From assembly GCA_025594325.1 (NCBI GenBank), contig JANHCV010000001.1:2046001-2110000 (forward strand): DNA of 64,000 nucleotides. The letters run 5' to 3'. The DNA is from Blastocladiella emersonii ATCC 22665. Lineage: Eukaryota; Fungi; Blastocladiomycota. Positions 36,737 through 49,957 of the stretch are shown in pieces. The position numbers and the translations under genes are program-made. The first letter of the stretch is position 1, and each line of letters begins with the position of its first letter. A model generated the notes under the pieces. It made no database searches. It was not told where the DNA came from and saw only the letters and a program-made list of their open reading frames with translations.

Positions 36737-39700
36737 TCAAGAGTCGCCGTCCTCCACGTTGCCCAGCTCGAGGATCCTCTTGCGCCGGACCTCGATCACC
36801 GCGAGCGCCGCCTTCACTCGGTTGCGGAACTGGGCCTCGCGCAACGAGTTCAGCTGCTCGAGTAGGCCGTGAAGCGTGACGATGGACGAGCCGTCGGGGT
36901 ACAGCGTTTTGGCGCCGTTGACAATGAACTTCGTGTCCGGGCTGGGCAGCTAGTCGGCGATCGAGGTGATCAGTGGGGGAAGTTCGCGAGGCGGGACTAC
37001 AAGTCGAGCCGTACCAAGTCGAGCGCGCGTAGTGGGTCGCGGATCGGCGGGCTGACCGCGCCGATCACCTTGCCGTTGAGCTGGTTCGTTGGGAACGCGG
37101 GCACGGTGTCGTCGACCTGCATTGCGTCCTCCTCAAACGTCTCGTCGAAAGTGGGCGCGGGTCGAGGAGACGGCGAGGAAGGTGCGAGCGGCGCAGTCGT
37201 CGCCGTCGCATGCGTCAGCGAAGCACGCGTCGACGGAACGCGCGGGGAGGAAGCGATCGGCGAGGCGACTCGAGGAGTAACGGCGTGCGACGGGGAAGCT
37301 TCCAGTGCACGCTTCGGCGATGCAGGTCGAGAAACGAGTTCCTGCGGCGAGGGTTCACGCGGCGACCGCGCCGGCGAGCCGTGGATGCGAGCGAGGGACG
37401 GCTTTCGGGGCGACGATACGCGGGGCGAGAGTGCGCGGGGCGAGGACTGCTGCTGCGGGGAGGGTTCATGAACAGGCGACACGCGAGATGGCGGCGGCGA
37501 CGGAGACCGAGGAGCGGGTGCCGGCGGAGATACCACGCGGGGAGAAGGCTCACGGGGCGACAGGACGCGGGGTGCGAACTGCTGCGGAGAGGCTGCGCGA
37601 GCAGGCGGCGCGCGGGGCGACGGCGAGCGATGAACGGGTGTGGGTACGGGCGGGGAGACCGCGCGTGGAGACGACATACGGGGCGATGGCTCGCACGGAG
37701 ACTCAACGCCTGGCTCGCGCGGAGACTCAACGCCCGGCGAAGGTGCGCGAGGCGATGATGCGCGAGGGGATTGTGCGGCGGGCGATGCCGCGCTGGGAGA
37801 CGGTGCACGAGGCGATGGCGCTCGCGGCGACGATGCGCGCGAAGATGGATCACGAGGCGGTGCCGCGCGCGGTGGCGAAATCTGCGGCGAGGGCGCGCGC
37901 GGGCTCGGCACCCACGGCGACGGCACGCGCTCGACCACCGCGCCCTTGGCGGGCGTCTTGACGGCAGCGAGCTCCTCGGCAACCACGCTGGCCGCGAGAC
38001 GGCGAGCGGCCACGGAGATGGTGCGCGTCGCGCGCGCGGGTGACGACGACGGCGTCGTTGCCGTCGGTTTCGCGGCAGCAGCAGCAGGCGTTGCGGTGGT
38101 CGAGTCTGCAGCCTTGTCCGAGGCCGAGGTCGTCGTCAGCAGCGTGCTGAGTCGAGCGCGAGTGCGCGTCGAAGGGCCGGCTTCTGCCGCGGCAGCGGCG
38201 GCAGCGGCAGAGCTATCGGCGCTCGGGGTCGCGGCGGACGCCGTCGAGTCGGCCGTAGTCTTTCCGCGGCGCCCCCGCGGGCGCGACGGGGTGGGTTCGG
38301 CCGTCTGGGGCTGCTGCTGCTCGCCGGACGGGATCTCGTCGAAGTTTTCGATCAGGGACGCGCGGCGCCGGGCACGAGCTGCACGCGCCGAGAGCGGCGG
38401 ATGAGGCGTCATCGTCACCTCGGTGGTATCGTCGCTGTCGCTCACGTCGACCAGGACGGCTTTCGCCGCAGCACGACTCGGGCGCTTTGAGGATCGGCGC
38501 GCAGCAGGTGCGGGCGTCGGTGCCTTGGCAACCGGTCCGTCGGCGTCGGGCTGCGGGGCCGCCGAGAGAAAGGAACCGCGGCGCGAGCGCTTGGAGCGGC
38601 GCAGCGGAGCAGCGGGCGACGACGGCGCAGCTGGTTCGGTTTCGGCTTCACCGGCCGCAGACGTGGAGCGAGAGCTGCGCGTCTTGCGAACAGGTTCGGC
38701 GGGCTCGGGCTCGGGCTCAACGGCGGCGGGAGCAGACAAGGAGGATGGCGGGCGGGGTGGACGAGATCGGCGACGGGCAGGCGAGGACTGAACCGCTGCG
38801 ATATGCGATGGCGCGGGGACTGGCGATGCGCTCGGGAGCGGCGGTGAGGACTCGGCAGCGGGGAGAGGTGGAGACGAGTGCTCGAGGCCGTCGGTCGCGA
38901 GAAGCGATGACAGCGGGGACGTGGACGGGAGAATTCCCAGTTGCGGTGGCGCGGGAAGAGCGGGTGGAGTAGTCGCGCGTGGAGGGACTAGCGCAGGCGA
39001 ACGCGAGTAAGTCATTCGTGCTAAAGCGGAGCGACAGTGGCCAACGTACCTGTCTCGGTAGAAGCAGCAGGAGCAGCTACAGCAGCGGGAGCAGCAGGAG
39101 AAATGCCGATGATGTCGACCGGCGCGTCGTCCTGCTGCATGGCCTCCTGCTCGGCGGGCGTAGGCGTACGCTTGGCGGCACGTCGAGTCCGCGGCGCAGG
39201 GCGACCCTTGGCGGACGGAGGCGCGCTCACCTCGCTGCGCGCGACGGTTGACGTTGCTTTCGGACGCGACGCAGCGGGAGCCGCCTTTGCGGCGCGCTTC
39301 TTAGGCGGCGCCTTGCTCTCAGCGGGCGGCGGGGCGGGCCGCTTCTTGCGGGGTTTCGCGAGTTGCACAAAGAAGGGGCAGTCGGGTTGGCGCTTCTTGT
39401 GCTCGATTCTATGCGTTCGAATACTGTCAGTACGCAATGGACCGCCGTACGTCGATCGCAGCCGGAGCGTACAGGGGATTGTCGTCGGGCGACCAGCCGT
39501 TGAGCGACACGCCGCAGTAGATACAGGTCGCGCCGTCGTCGCCGAGCGCTAACGGATCAAAGAAGAAGCCGGCCTTGGCCATCTGCGCGGGGTACACGTC
39601 GAGCATGGTCAGATCACGCGGAACCCCACGAGTAGTGCAGCGCCAAAACGTACTCGGTTCTTGGTGGCAAAGAACTTGCGCTTGCCCTGGTGCGGCCAGC

Positions 39701-40153
39701 GGCCGGTGAAGGTGCCCTCGCGCGCCTGCTCCATGTCCTTGGACATGGGGAACGTCGAGTAGTCGTCGGCGACATGGAACACGGGGTTCTCCGGGTCGCG
39801 CGCGGCGAGCGAGGTGGGCAGGCACACGGCGCGGGCGTAAGCGCAGTACGAGGCGTGCGAAAAGTGCTCGGCGAACGGATCGTCGTCGGGGTCCCAGCCG
39901 TTGAGCGACTTCTCGCACAGGAAGCACCGGACCGCGCAGTGATCGTCGGGCTCCGGGCAGTAGAAGAAGCCCGCCTTGGCCATCTGTTAAGGTCGGCCGG
40001 AGGGCGTGAGCAAGGGTGGCCGCGTGCGTGTCCCACGGCGGCACGAGTGGGGCATACCGCTTCGGCGGTCGGCGTTGCTAGCGGCCAGTCGGTGAAGGTG
40101 GCGAGGCGCTCCGCAGTCGATCCATAGCGTTGTAGCGGGTTGTCTAGTTCCAT
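36737..40153 (-). CDS. BIR1: BIR-domain protein, Bir1/survivin-like chromosomal passenger subunit (multi-exon)
   Basis: Two BIR domains (RLATFTDWP...MAKAGFFY...CFLCEKSLNGWDPDDDPFAEH...C and TFTGRWPH...MAKAGFFF...CIYCGVSLNGWSPDDNPL/IEHKKRQPDCPF), a long SP-rich linker and a C-terminal helix (LEQLNSLREAQFRNRVKAALAVIE). Stop at 36737-36739. Confidence 0.92.
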
Positions 40154-40343
40154 GGTGGCCCGATGCAAGCGAGGCCCTTGGGAACCAGAGAGAGAGGGGA
40201 CCGGGCGCGGAGAAGTCGGGTCCTCACGTCTCCGGGGCAACGTGATCAGTCGTCCCGCGCGCCACGACCACGCGCCGCGGCTGCTGCCCTCGCGCTCCAC
40301 TGCAACCGCGTATGAAGTAGCCCATGCATCGGAATCCGCCACC

Positions 40344-41118
40344 ATGTCCATGAAGTTCCGGTTACTCGACGGGGAGCACTACCCGCACAACATCGCCTTC
40401 TACGGCTTCGGCATCGGCGCCGTGTTCGGGGCGGGCGCCCTGTCCATCGCCCTCGTCCCGCAGCATGCGTGGCTCGGCGGGTTCCTGTCGGCGCTCGCCA
40501 TCTTCCACCTGACCGAGTACCTCGTGACGGCCATGTACAACTACCCGAAGCTCGAGCTCGGATGTCCGTTGCCGCCGCGCCGCCCACCGCGTTCCTTGCG
40601 ACCCGTTAGGCTGACCCGACGCATGCGCGCACACACGTCTAGCCTTCCTGATCCCGCACAGCCGAAGCTACGTGGCCGCGACCGCCGCGGCGCTCACCGA
40701 GTACACGGTTGTGTCGATCTGGTTCCCGTGGATCCACGCGTCCACGTCGGTCTGGGTGCACGTCGCGGGTCTCGTGCTCGTGGCCGTCGGGCAGCTGGCG
40801 CGGAGCGCCGCCATGATCCACGCGAGCACCAACTTCTCGCACCAGATCGAGTACCGGAAACGGCCCAACCACGAGCTCGTCACCACGGGCGTGTACGCGT
40901 GGACGCGCCACCCGTCGTATTTTGGCTTCTACTGGTGGGGGATCGGGTCGCAGCTGATGCTCGGCAACTTCGTGTCGACGGCCGTCTACGCCGCCGTCCT
41001 GACCCGCTTCTTCCTCGACCGCATCGACTACGAGGAGGAGCTGCTCGTCTTCTTCTTTGGCGAAAACTACCGCGAGTACCGCGCCAAGACGCGCGTCGGG
41101 ATCCCCTTCATTCGCTAG
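40344..41118 (+). CDS. STE14: Isoprenylcysteine carboxyl methyltransferase (intron 40564-40642)
   Basis: Motifs FHLTEY, GQLARSAAM...NFSHQI, HELVTTGVYAWTRHPSYFGFY, RIDYEEELL..FFG..Y..Y and GIPFI. Confidence 0.96.
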
Positions 41119-41162
41119 TTTGGCGGTTGGGACTGGGTCAAAAATCATTGCGATATAGCTGC

Positions 41163-42113
41163 TCACTCTGGATTCACAAACCGCAAATACGGCTTCACGA
41201 CGCGGACCTGCCCGAAGCGGGCCTTGGCCTCCTCGGTCGTCATAGCTACGAGACGAAAGTGCGCGAGAGTGAGCGGTAGTCCTTGGGAGTGAGACCGAAC
41301 AGTCGGCGTACTCGGCGGGACGATACAGTCCATGCCTGGCCGCCAGTCGGCCGGCGTCGTCACGTCGTAGCGGTCCGACATCTGCAGGCTGTCCACGACC
41401 CGCAGGATCTCGTCAAAGTTGCGCCCGCACGTTGCTACACGCAGACTCAAGACGTCAGCTGCTGCACTCTGACTCCCTGAATCGCGCACTCCGTACAAGG
41501 ATACATGATGATCAACCGGATCACGCGGTTCGGGTCGATGACGAACACGGACCGGACCGTGAACGGGTCGTACTGCTTGGGCGGCGACGCCTTGCTCGCG
41601 TCGTGCCGCGGCGCATCGAGCATCCCGTACAGCGCTGCGATCCTCCGTGACTTGTCGGCAATCTACCGCGGAGACGGTCAAGCGCCATGTCCTGGTCGCG
41701 AACTAGCACGGAGCAGAGGCGTACCACGGGGAAATCGACATACGTGTTGTACGTCTCGTCCACGTCAGCGAGCCACTCAGTGTGAGACTCGAGCGAGTCG
41801 CAGCTGAGGCCAATGACCTTGACGTTGCGGTCCGCCCAGTCGCGGCTGTGCAGCGCCGCGACGCCGAGCTCGGTCGTGCACACGGGGGCTGAGTGTGGCG
41901 GACGGTGAGCGCGCATCCGCTCCCGTCTCGGCGTGCAAGAGACGTACTGAAGTCCTCGGGATGCGAGAAGAGGATGCACCACGACGACCCGATGAACTCG
42001 TGGAAGCTCTCGAAGCGGCCGTGCGTGGTCTCTGCCCAAAAGTCGGGCGCCGTGTCGCCGAGCTTGAGGTGGCCCTGCTCGTACGCCGACGGCTTCGTTC
42101 CATTGGATTCCAT
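41163..42113 (-). CDS. PRX1: 1-Cys peroxiredoxin (Prx6 type; several introns)
   Basis: LGDTAPDF, WCILFSHPEDF/TPVCTTELG, TVRSVFVIDP, GRNFDEILRVVDSLQ, TPADW and PYLRF. Confidence 0.95.
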
Positions 42114-42323
42114 TGCGGTGAGTTACTCAATGTTTGAAGCAGAGGGTGGGTCTAAGCTGGGGTTGGCGAAGGGAGCGGCGGCCGCCGAGGGCGCCCGAGG
42201 CGAACCGCGCCCGCTGCTTCGCGTATCTCACACCACGTGCCTCGTTTTAGCATTGTCGCGCCCGGTTGTCTCCCCGCTCTCGCAATTGAATACACCTGCA
42301 ACGCATGGAATACACTACGCACC

Positions 42324-43420
42324 ATGGATAAGAATCGACCGAGGGCAAGCACCACCGATCTGTCCGCGCGGCCCCTCGCGGCCGTGGCCGTGGGCGTTGA
42401 CCGCCAGCGGGTACCGAGCGCGCCCGCCGAGTCGGCCTTGCTCGGATCCCTTGTGCGCTCGCGGTCGCAGTCGAGCGAAACCGCCCCTGTCCTAGCCCGC
42501 GACCTGGTCGCCTTCGATGGCCACGGCGTGAACGGGACCGACGCGAACGCAGTGGTCGGCCGCGCGCGCCAAGTCGCCGAAGAGCTCGCGGCCCTGATCC
42601 GCCACCAGGAGAGCCTCGCCGAGAGCCTGAACACGGCCCTGCAACCCGCTCCGGGTACCGCCCGCCCGTCGACCCGCGAGCTCGCGTCGAAGATCACCGA
42701 CTGGATGGTCGTGCAGGGGTCCATCAACAAGACGACCACGGCCATGACCATGGCCAACACCATGGCGGCGATCGGATCCCGCGCCCAGGCGCACAAGCTG
42801 ACGCGGGCGCTCGACGAGTCGCGGCTCGTCGTGTCGCGGCTGCACAACCAGATCGAGCAGCTCGAGACGCAGCTGGATGCGGTATCGGCCGAGGTGACGG
42901 TCGCGCACAGCGACAACCGGCGGCTCAAGACGAGCGTCGACTCGCTGCGCAAGACGTGCGAGGAGGCCATCCTCCATGTTCGCATGTTCCTGATTCTAGG
43001 TAATCTTTGACGTCGTTGACGGTTGTACCGCGCTGTAGTACCGCCGCGAGGTCGAGCTGCAGCGGCAAGTCCTGGAGCGGCACCAGATGTCCATCTCGGT
43101 GCGCATCCTCTATCGCTCTTCACCGAACGGGTCACGACTGACACCCCATCCTGTTGTAGCGGTTGCAACAGCAACAGGTTGGCCAGCGGTCCCTCGCCGC
43201 GTTCCTCGTGTTCGCGTGCACGTACGCGATAGCGGGGGTCGCGAACCCAGCAGTCCAGCTGGTGCTCACGCTCCTGTCGCTGAATCGGCGGCGGCGCCGG
43301 ACCGCGGCGATCCTGATACGGCTGAGCATTGCGGTCCTCACGGCCGTCAAGGTGGGCTCGTATACGGGTTGGATCGGCGAGACGCTCGGGCGATTGCTCA
43401 AACAGGCATCGCTGAGCTGA
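42324..43420 (+). CDS. Hypothetical coiled-coil protein with C-terminal hydrophobic helices (2 predicted introns)
   Basis: Heptads LHNQIEQLETQLDAVSAEV. The spliced tail contains LAAFLVFACTYAIAG and ILIRLSIAVLTAV. Confidence 0.65.
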
Positions 43421-43457
43421 GGATTGAGGGTTGTGCGACTACATTAATAGTTTGTAT

Positions 43458-44303
43458 TTATGTGTCCTTTCGCGGTGCCGACTCCGACTCGGCCACGGGC
43501 TCTGACTCGACGCGGCGGTTCGGGAGCGGCGCGATCTGCTTGAGAAGGGCGCGCTGGGTGAGCTCGGTCATGGTCAGGAGGCGGTACTTGCCCGACATGA
43601 ACGACAGCACGTTGCGCATCTCGGTGGTCATGCCGCTCTTGCGCAGGAGGATCATGAACCGGTTGTACGGGTTCGCCTTGCGCCACTGCGCCTCGTCGGC
43701 GCCCCCGGGCACGGCGGCCTCCCAGGTGATGGTCGCTTTGGGCGAGTACGCGAGCTCCTTCATCTGCAGCGTCGTGTACCGCTTCTGGTTCAGCAGTGTG
43801 AGCGTCTCGATGGACAGCGTCGTGTTGGGCGTGATGGGGTCCGTCGGGCCCGGCCGCGTGCCGTCGGGGCCTGGGAGGAGGAACACGCGCGTGACGTAGG
43901 GCGCGAGGAACTTGTGAGCGGCGAGCGTCGACAGGCTCGAGAAGATGGTGACGCCGATCATGACGTTCGGGCTCAGCATGAAGGCGGCGGCGGCGCTCTT
44001 CTCCAGGATGGCCGAGTCGATCATGGTCATGGACAGCGGGAGGCCGATGCTCGAGAGTCCGAGCGAGCTGACCGAGAAGAACTTGAGCACCTTAACGGCA
44101 TTGTTCATGGCGCCGCGGTAGATGGGCTTGGGCACCGGATCCGTTTCGGGGAACTCGCGCGCCGTGTGGATCGGGCGCAAGGTCAACGACGACGTCCCCG
44201 CAACCCGCCCAGCACGCGAAAGCGACGCCCGTGCGACCATTCCACCGAGTCCTGGCGCGGTGCGCCGTCCCGCCGTCGCGGCTGCGGTCGTAAAATGATG
44301 CAT
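43458..44303 (-). CDS. TMEM70-family mitochondrial inner-membrane protein (ATP synthase assembly)
   Basis: A presequence-like N-terminus, IYRGAMNNAVKVLKFFSVSS, two TM helices, STLAAHKFLAPYVTRVF and SIETLTL. This follows the TMEM70/186/223 pattern. Confidence 0.75.
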   Translation of the reverse strand: MHHFTTAAATAGRRTAPGLGGMVARASLSRAGRVAGTSSLTLRPIHTAREFPETDPVPKPIYRGAMNNAVKVLKFFSVSSLGLSSIGLPLSMTMIDSAILEKSAAAAFMLSPNVMIGVTIFSSLSTLAAHKFLAPYVTRVFLLPGPDGTRPGPTDPITPNTTLSIETLTLLNQKRYTTLQMKELAYSPKATITWEAAVPGGADEAQWRKANPYNRFMILLRKSGMTTEMRNVLSFMSGKYRLLTMTELTQRALLKQIAPLPNRRVESEPVAESESAPRKDT

Positions 44304-44498
44304 GATTGATTCGTGAGGGAGCGGGAGCAGTCAGGTGATGGCACGCTCGAGTGCCTAAAAGTTTAACGGCGCAGCGACCACCGCCACCCCGACCGCTGCC
44401 GGGCCCGGCGACCCCATCGACGCTGACGGCGGTCCTTCGAGCACGACGACGTTGCACCACTCCACGCATTGCCGTAAGAGCGCCGCCTACTGTTTGCC

Positions 44499-44874
44499 AT
44501 GATCGCCTCCGCCCTCCGCTCGTCCGCCCTGTCGTCGCGCGCCCGCGCCCTCACCCGCGGCGGCTTCAACCCCTCCAACGACAACTACGGCGTACGGATT
44601 GATGCTCCACCGAGAGTCTAGCGCGGCTCGCTGCTGGTCGTCGTGCATGCGTCACGCTCGGCCAGCGATGGACCGCCAGCGAATCGACCACAGAAGTGCG
44701 TGGCTCAGCTCGGTCGCTGACGACCCGCTGTGGCCGGACGTCGTGTAGCACCTCCCCTTCTCGATCAAGAACAAGTACGCCTTCGGCCTGAAGCTGTCGC
44801 TCTACCTCGGCATCGGCTTCGGCGCGCCCTTCTTCGGCGCCTGGTTCCAGCTCAAGAAGTCTGGCGCCATCTAA
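44499..44874 (+). CDS. COX7C: Cytochrome c oxidase subunit VIIc (yeast Cox8-like; intron 44592-44748)
   Basis: A presequence, then NYG/HLPFSIKNKYAFGLKLSLYLGIGFGAPFFGAWFQLKK, matching the subunit VIIc NLPF...GF..PF....Q..K pattern. Confidence 0.88.
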
Positions 44875-45372
44875 GGTGCTCGGCCTCGTGCGTCCGAGGG
44901 CTGCCGGGTCGTGAGGCCGTGGCGTGGTACGTCTGATCTGCTTCTGTTCTTGCCCGGATCGTCCGCTCACTGGCCTCCTTGCTCGCTTGCTCGTAGTCGT
45001 GCACCTTCATCGTCGCGACCTGCGTCCCATGAACGCTGCGCTCTCTCCCTCCCGTCTGTTCTCGGCGTGTTCTCCTGCTTCCATTTCCCCAACCCCGTTC
45101 GCTCTCTCCCTTTGACGTGTCCGCTCGTCCGCGGCCCTACTACATTGTTGTTCGTTACTCCCTCTGTGTCTTCTTCTTCTCTCTCTACGCTCGGCCGGTG
45201 AGCACGCCCCTCGCATGGGGTCGTCCATTTCCGCGCGGGCCGCACCGACTAGCTCTCAAAAAACGTGGAATCTCCTCTGAATACAACCTCCCTCCGCTCA
45301 TCCACGACCATGCCTCGAGTCTCAACCAAGCGAGCAGCGAACGGGTGCCAAAAACTGCTAGCTGCTATATTT

Positions 45373-46826
<1,454 letters not shown>

Positions 46827-47146
46827 TGAGGAAGGCTGGCCGGTCGATGACGGTGGAGTGGTTGCGCCAAGTGACGGGTACATGGGAAGTCGTTTAGTCC
46901 ATTGCGTAAACCAGCGCGGGGTAGCGCAAACGATGGCGAGGCCGCGCTGGGTCGTGCCATAAGCGGTGGCGGCCACGGCCGCGGGTGGCGCAGGCGGGCG
47001 CAAAACGGCGATCGGGGAGACGGCCGACCATCACGTGCGAAATGTGAGACGCGTTGTGAGACGTGTCGCGATCCCATCGCCCGGCTCATTCTAGACTGAG
47101 AGGCGCCACGCACAAACGATCACACTTTTCGCCCAACTCACAAACC

Positions 47147-48697
47147 ATGGAGCTCCAGCAACTTGATGATCCCGGCCGGCAGTCCAAGGCCGCGGGCCGC
47201 CGAATGAGCCGGTTCCGCGAGGGATCCGAGGTGAACCTCCTGCGCCTTTCCGGGTCGAGCACAACACTAGGTTCTCTCCCTCCTGATGACTTCCGCGGCA
47301 GCATTGCCTCGCTGCAAATCGATACACGGGCTCCTCCCGCGCCGAAGGGCGAACCTCGCTCGGCGCGACCAAAGAAACGTGCCGAGTACCTCGACCGCCT
47401 CACTCAAACTGTCCCACCCCGCGCGTTTCTGCACCGTGACCCCGACAGTATCGGCGCAAACGAGAAAGGTTCGTTCATGACCTCGCCCGTCTCCGCCTCG
47501 GCCTGGTCGCCCGCGATCATCTCGCCGATGCGCGAGTATCTCGACCAGCTGCAGCTCTTCCTTCTCGCACGCGGACCGTATCCCGGACCAGGAGTGACAG
47601 AGGACACGATCCGGTCTCCCGATCGGCCGTTTGACCCGCTCAAGCTCTCGCCCGAAGCCAACAAGCTTCGAGGACGCGAGCCCGGGCTCAAGGAGCGCTT
47701 CCTCTTCGTTCTCTACCAGGTCGTGACCATCCGCTACGTCGTCCTTCCGCCTACGCACCCCGAAAAGGGCGGCCCGAAGCGGATCGAAGCTTGCGCTCAA
47801 GGCGGGTCGTGGCCCATCTTCACCCGCGGCCTCGCGGTCATCCAGATCGCGCTTCTCGTATACATTTGCGTACAAGAGGGGCTCGCGCCCTTGGACGAGA
47901 ACGGTCTCATCGGGCCGTCCTTTCTCTCGCTCATCAACTACGGCGCGCCGGTTCCGAGGTACGAATGATGCATCTCGAGCCTTGGACACGCCGCTCATTT
48001 TGCCCATCGTCTAGCCTCGTCAAGGAGCAGTTTGAGGCGCAGAGCTGGCGCCTGCTCACCCCGCCATTCCTTCACGCCGGCTTCCTCCATCTCCTCTCAA
48101 ACTTGTCATGGCAGCTCACGTCGGGCGTCATGCTGGAGCGCGCGTGGGGCTCGTGGCGGCTCGCATTCATCTTTCTCGTCAGCACCCTGTTCGGCACTCT
48201 CTGCTCGGTCCAGATCCGGTCCATCGAGGTCGTCATCGTCGGTGCGAGCGGCGGCGTTGTCGGGTACGGCTTTGCTTCTATTTCACGCGGGTCGCGCGAA
48301 CTGACCTCCCTGTGCGAGCAGAATGATGGGCTCGACGTTCGCCGACCACCTCATCAACCGCCGCATCATCTACCAGGCGCGATGGCAGCTCGTCTTCTGG
48401 GTCTTCAGCACCGCGCTCATGCTCGGAATCGGCCTGCTCCCGATCTTCGACAACATCACGCACACGGCCGGATTCTTTGCCGGGGTCGGAGCAGGCCTCG
48501 TCGCGATCCCGGACCTTACGGCATTCGACCGGGTCGGGCGGCGGAATCTCTGGGCGTACCGGATCGCGGGCATGATCATCCTCGTCGCCCTGGTCGGCAC
48601 GTCGCTCGCCACGCTCATGCACTCGATCCCGTGGCAATGCGGGTCGGCGTTCGACCGCGCGTGGTGCTGCTACCTGTTCCTCTCGCTCAAGTGTTGA
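47147..48697 (+). CDS. Rhomboid intramembrane serine protease (2 introns)
   Basis: WRLLT..FLHAGFLHL..N, catalytic VGASGG and DNITHTAGFFAG, with a long cytosolic N-terminus. Confidence 0.92.
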
Positions 48698-48735
48698 TGA
48701 GGGAAAGAGAGCCGTGGCACGCGCGAATGTGTATT

Positions 48736-49482
48736 TCATGTCGACCCAGTATAACCGCCTTCCCCGCTCCCGAGCCCGTACGCGCCGGCCCACAGCTGGA
48801 CGAGGATCCACAGCAGCGAGGCGCCCGTCGTGGCCATGAGCTCAAGCTGGGTGCCCGAGGCCGCGACGAGGCGGTCGTACATGTTGTTGATGACGTTCGG
48901 GTCCGCCTCGTAGAAGACCTTGTCTACGGCGCGCGACACGGCACCGTGGTTGATGAGAACGAAGAAGCCGGCGATGACCACGGTCACAAACTTGAGGGCG
49001 AGACACCCGATCCACCACACGACGCGCGCCGGGTCCCACCTCCACACCTCGACGAGGATCGGGGTGTGGTCGTCATCATGTGGTACGACCGACTTGCGGC
49101 TGCGGAACCCAAAGAGCGGGGACGTCGGCCGGATCTTGGCGCTCCAAGTGCGCGAGGTGAAGGCGACCGCGGCGAGCGACCACGCCCACCGCGTCCACGA
49201 CCACGCGACGGGCGCGAGCAGCGGCACCGCCTCGAGTCCGGCCGAGAGCGCAAGAAGGGCCCGGCCGATCCCGAGCAGCGAGCGCGTGAACGCGTCGACC
49301 GAGGCGACGTAGGCCGCGTCGGCGGCGAGGGCGTCACAGGACCCGATCGCTGCGAGGTGAAGCACGAGGTCACCCGCGAGGAGCAGCGTGACAGGGATGG
49401 AAGGTCGAGAAGCGGTCTCCTTCATGATTTCATGTAGTTCATTAGCGCCAGGCCGTGAGTGGGTTGCACCGAGCGAGAACAT
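48736..49482 (-). CDS. Hypothetical multi-pass membrane protein (start uncertain; alternative ATG at 49425)
   Basis: An open frame with 4-5 hydrophobic segments and GC3-rich codons. No family is recognised. Confidence 0.55.
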   Translation of the reverse strand: MFSLGATHSRPGANELHEIMKETASRPSIPVTLLLAGDLVLHLAAIGSCDALAADAAYVASVDAFTRSLLGIGRALLALSAGLEAVPLLAPVAWSWTRWAWSLAAVAFTSRTWSAKIRPTSPLFGFRSRKSVVPHDDDHTPILVEVWRWDPARVVWWIGCLALKFVTVVIAGFFVLINHGAVSRAVDKVFYEADPNVINNMYDRLVAASGTQLELMATTGASLLWILVQLWAGAYGLGSGEGGYTGST

Positions 49483-49747
49483 GAATGAAACGCGGCGAGT
49501 GGCACGGGCTCGCGAAGGACGCGCGGAACTCGGGGCACACGCGCGCGTGGCACCTGACGCGTGGGCGCGCTCCGCCACCGCCTCAGCCACCGCCACTTCA
49601 GCGATCGCCCAGTCAGAAGCAAGAGCCCCCGCATCTCGGGAGCATCGAAAAAATAGCACCGTAATCACGTCGAGCGTTGCTCCATGCGTTGTCTTGCGGC
49701 GAGATCGGTTGATGGAGTGCTCGGAGGAGCCGAGGAGCGCGGCGCGG

Positions 49748-49753
49748 TATAAA
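49748..49753 (+). promoter_or_regulatory. TATA-box-like TATAAA upstream of secreted paralog 1
   Basis: TATAAA lies about 205 nt upstream of ATG 49958 in GC-rich context. A similar TATAAG is at 51589-51594 before paralog 2. Confidence 0.45.
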
Positions 49754-49957
49754 ACGAAGGCGGGCCCCGGCCTCCGCCTCGACCAGCTCCGTACGCTAGA
49801 CGTCCTGCCCTAACCTCCCATCCGCTATCGCACTCGCTTCGTTGATCGAACCGAGCTCTAGAACCGTAGACGATACGCTGGTCATCGCAGCAGCAAGTCC
49901 TCGATCGCGGTCGATCGCTCACACTCGCGTCGATCCCCCCGTCCAGGTTTCTCCACC

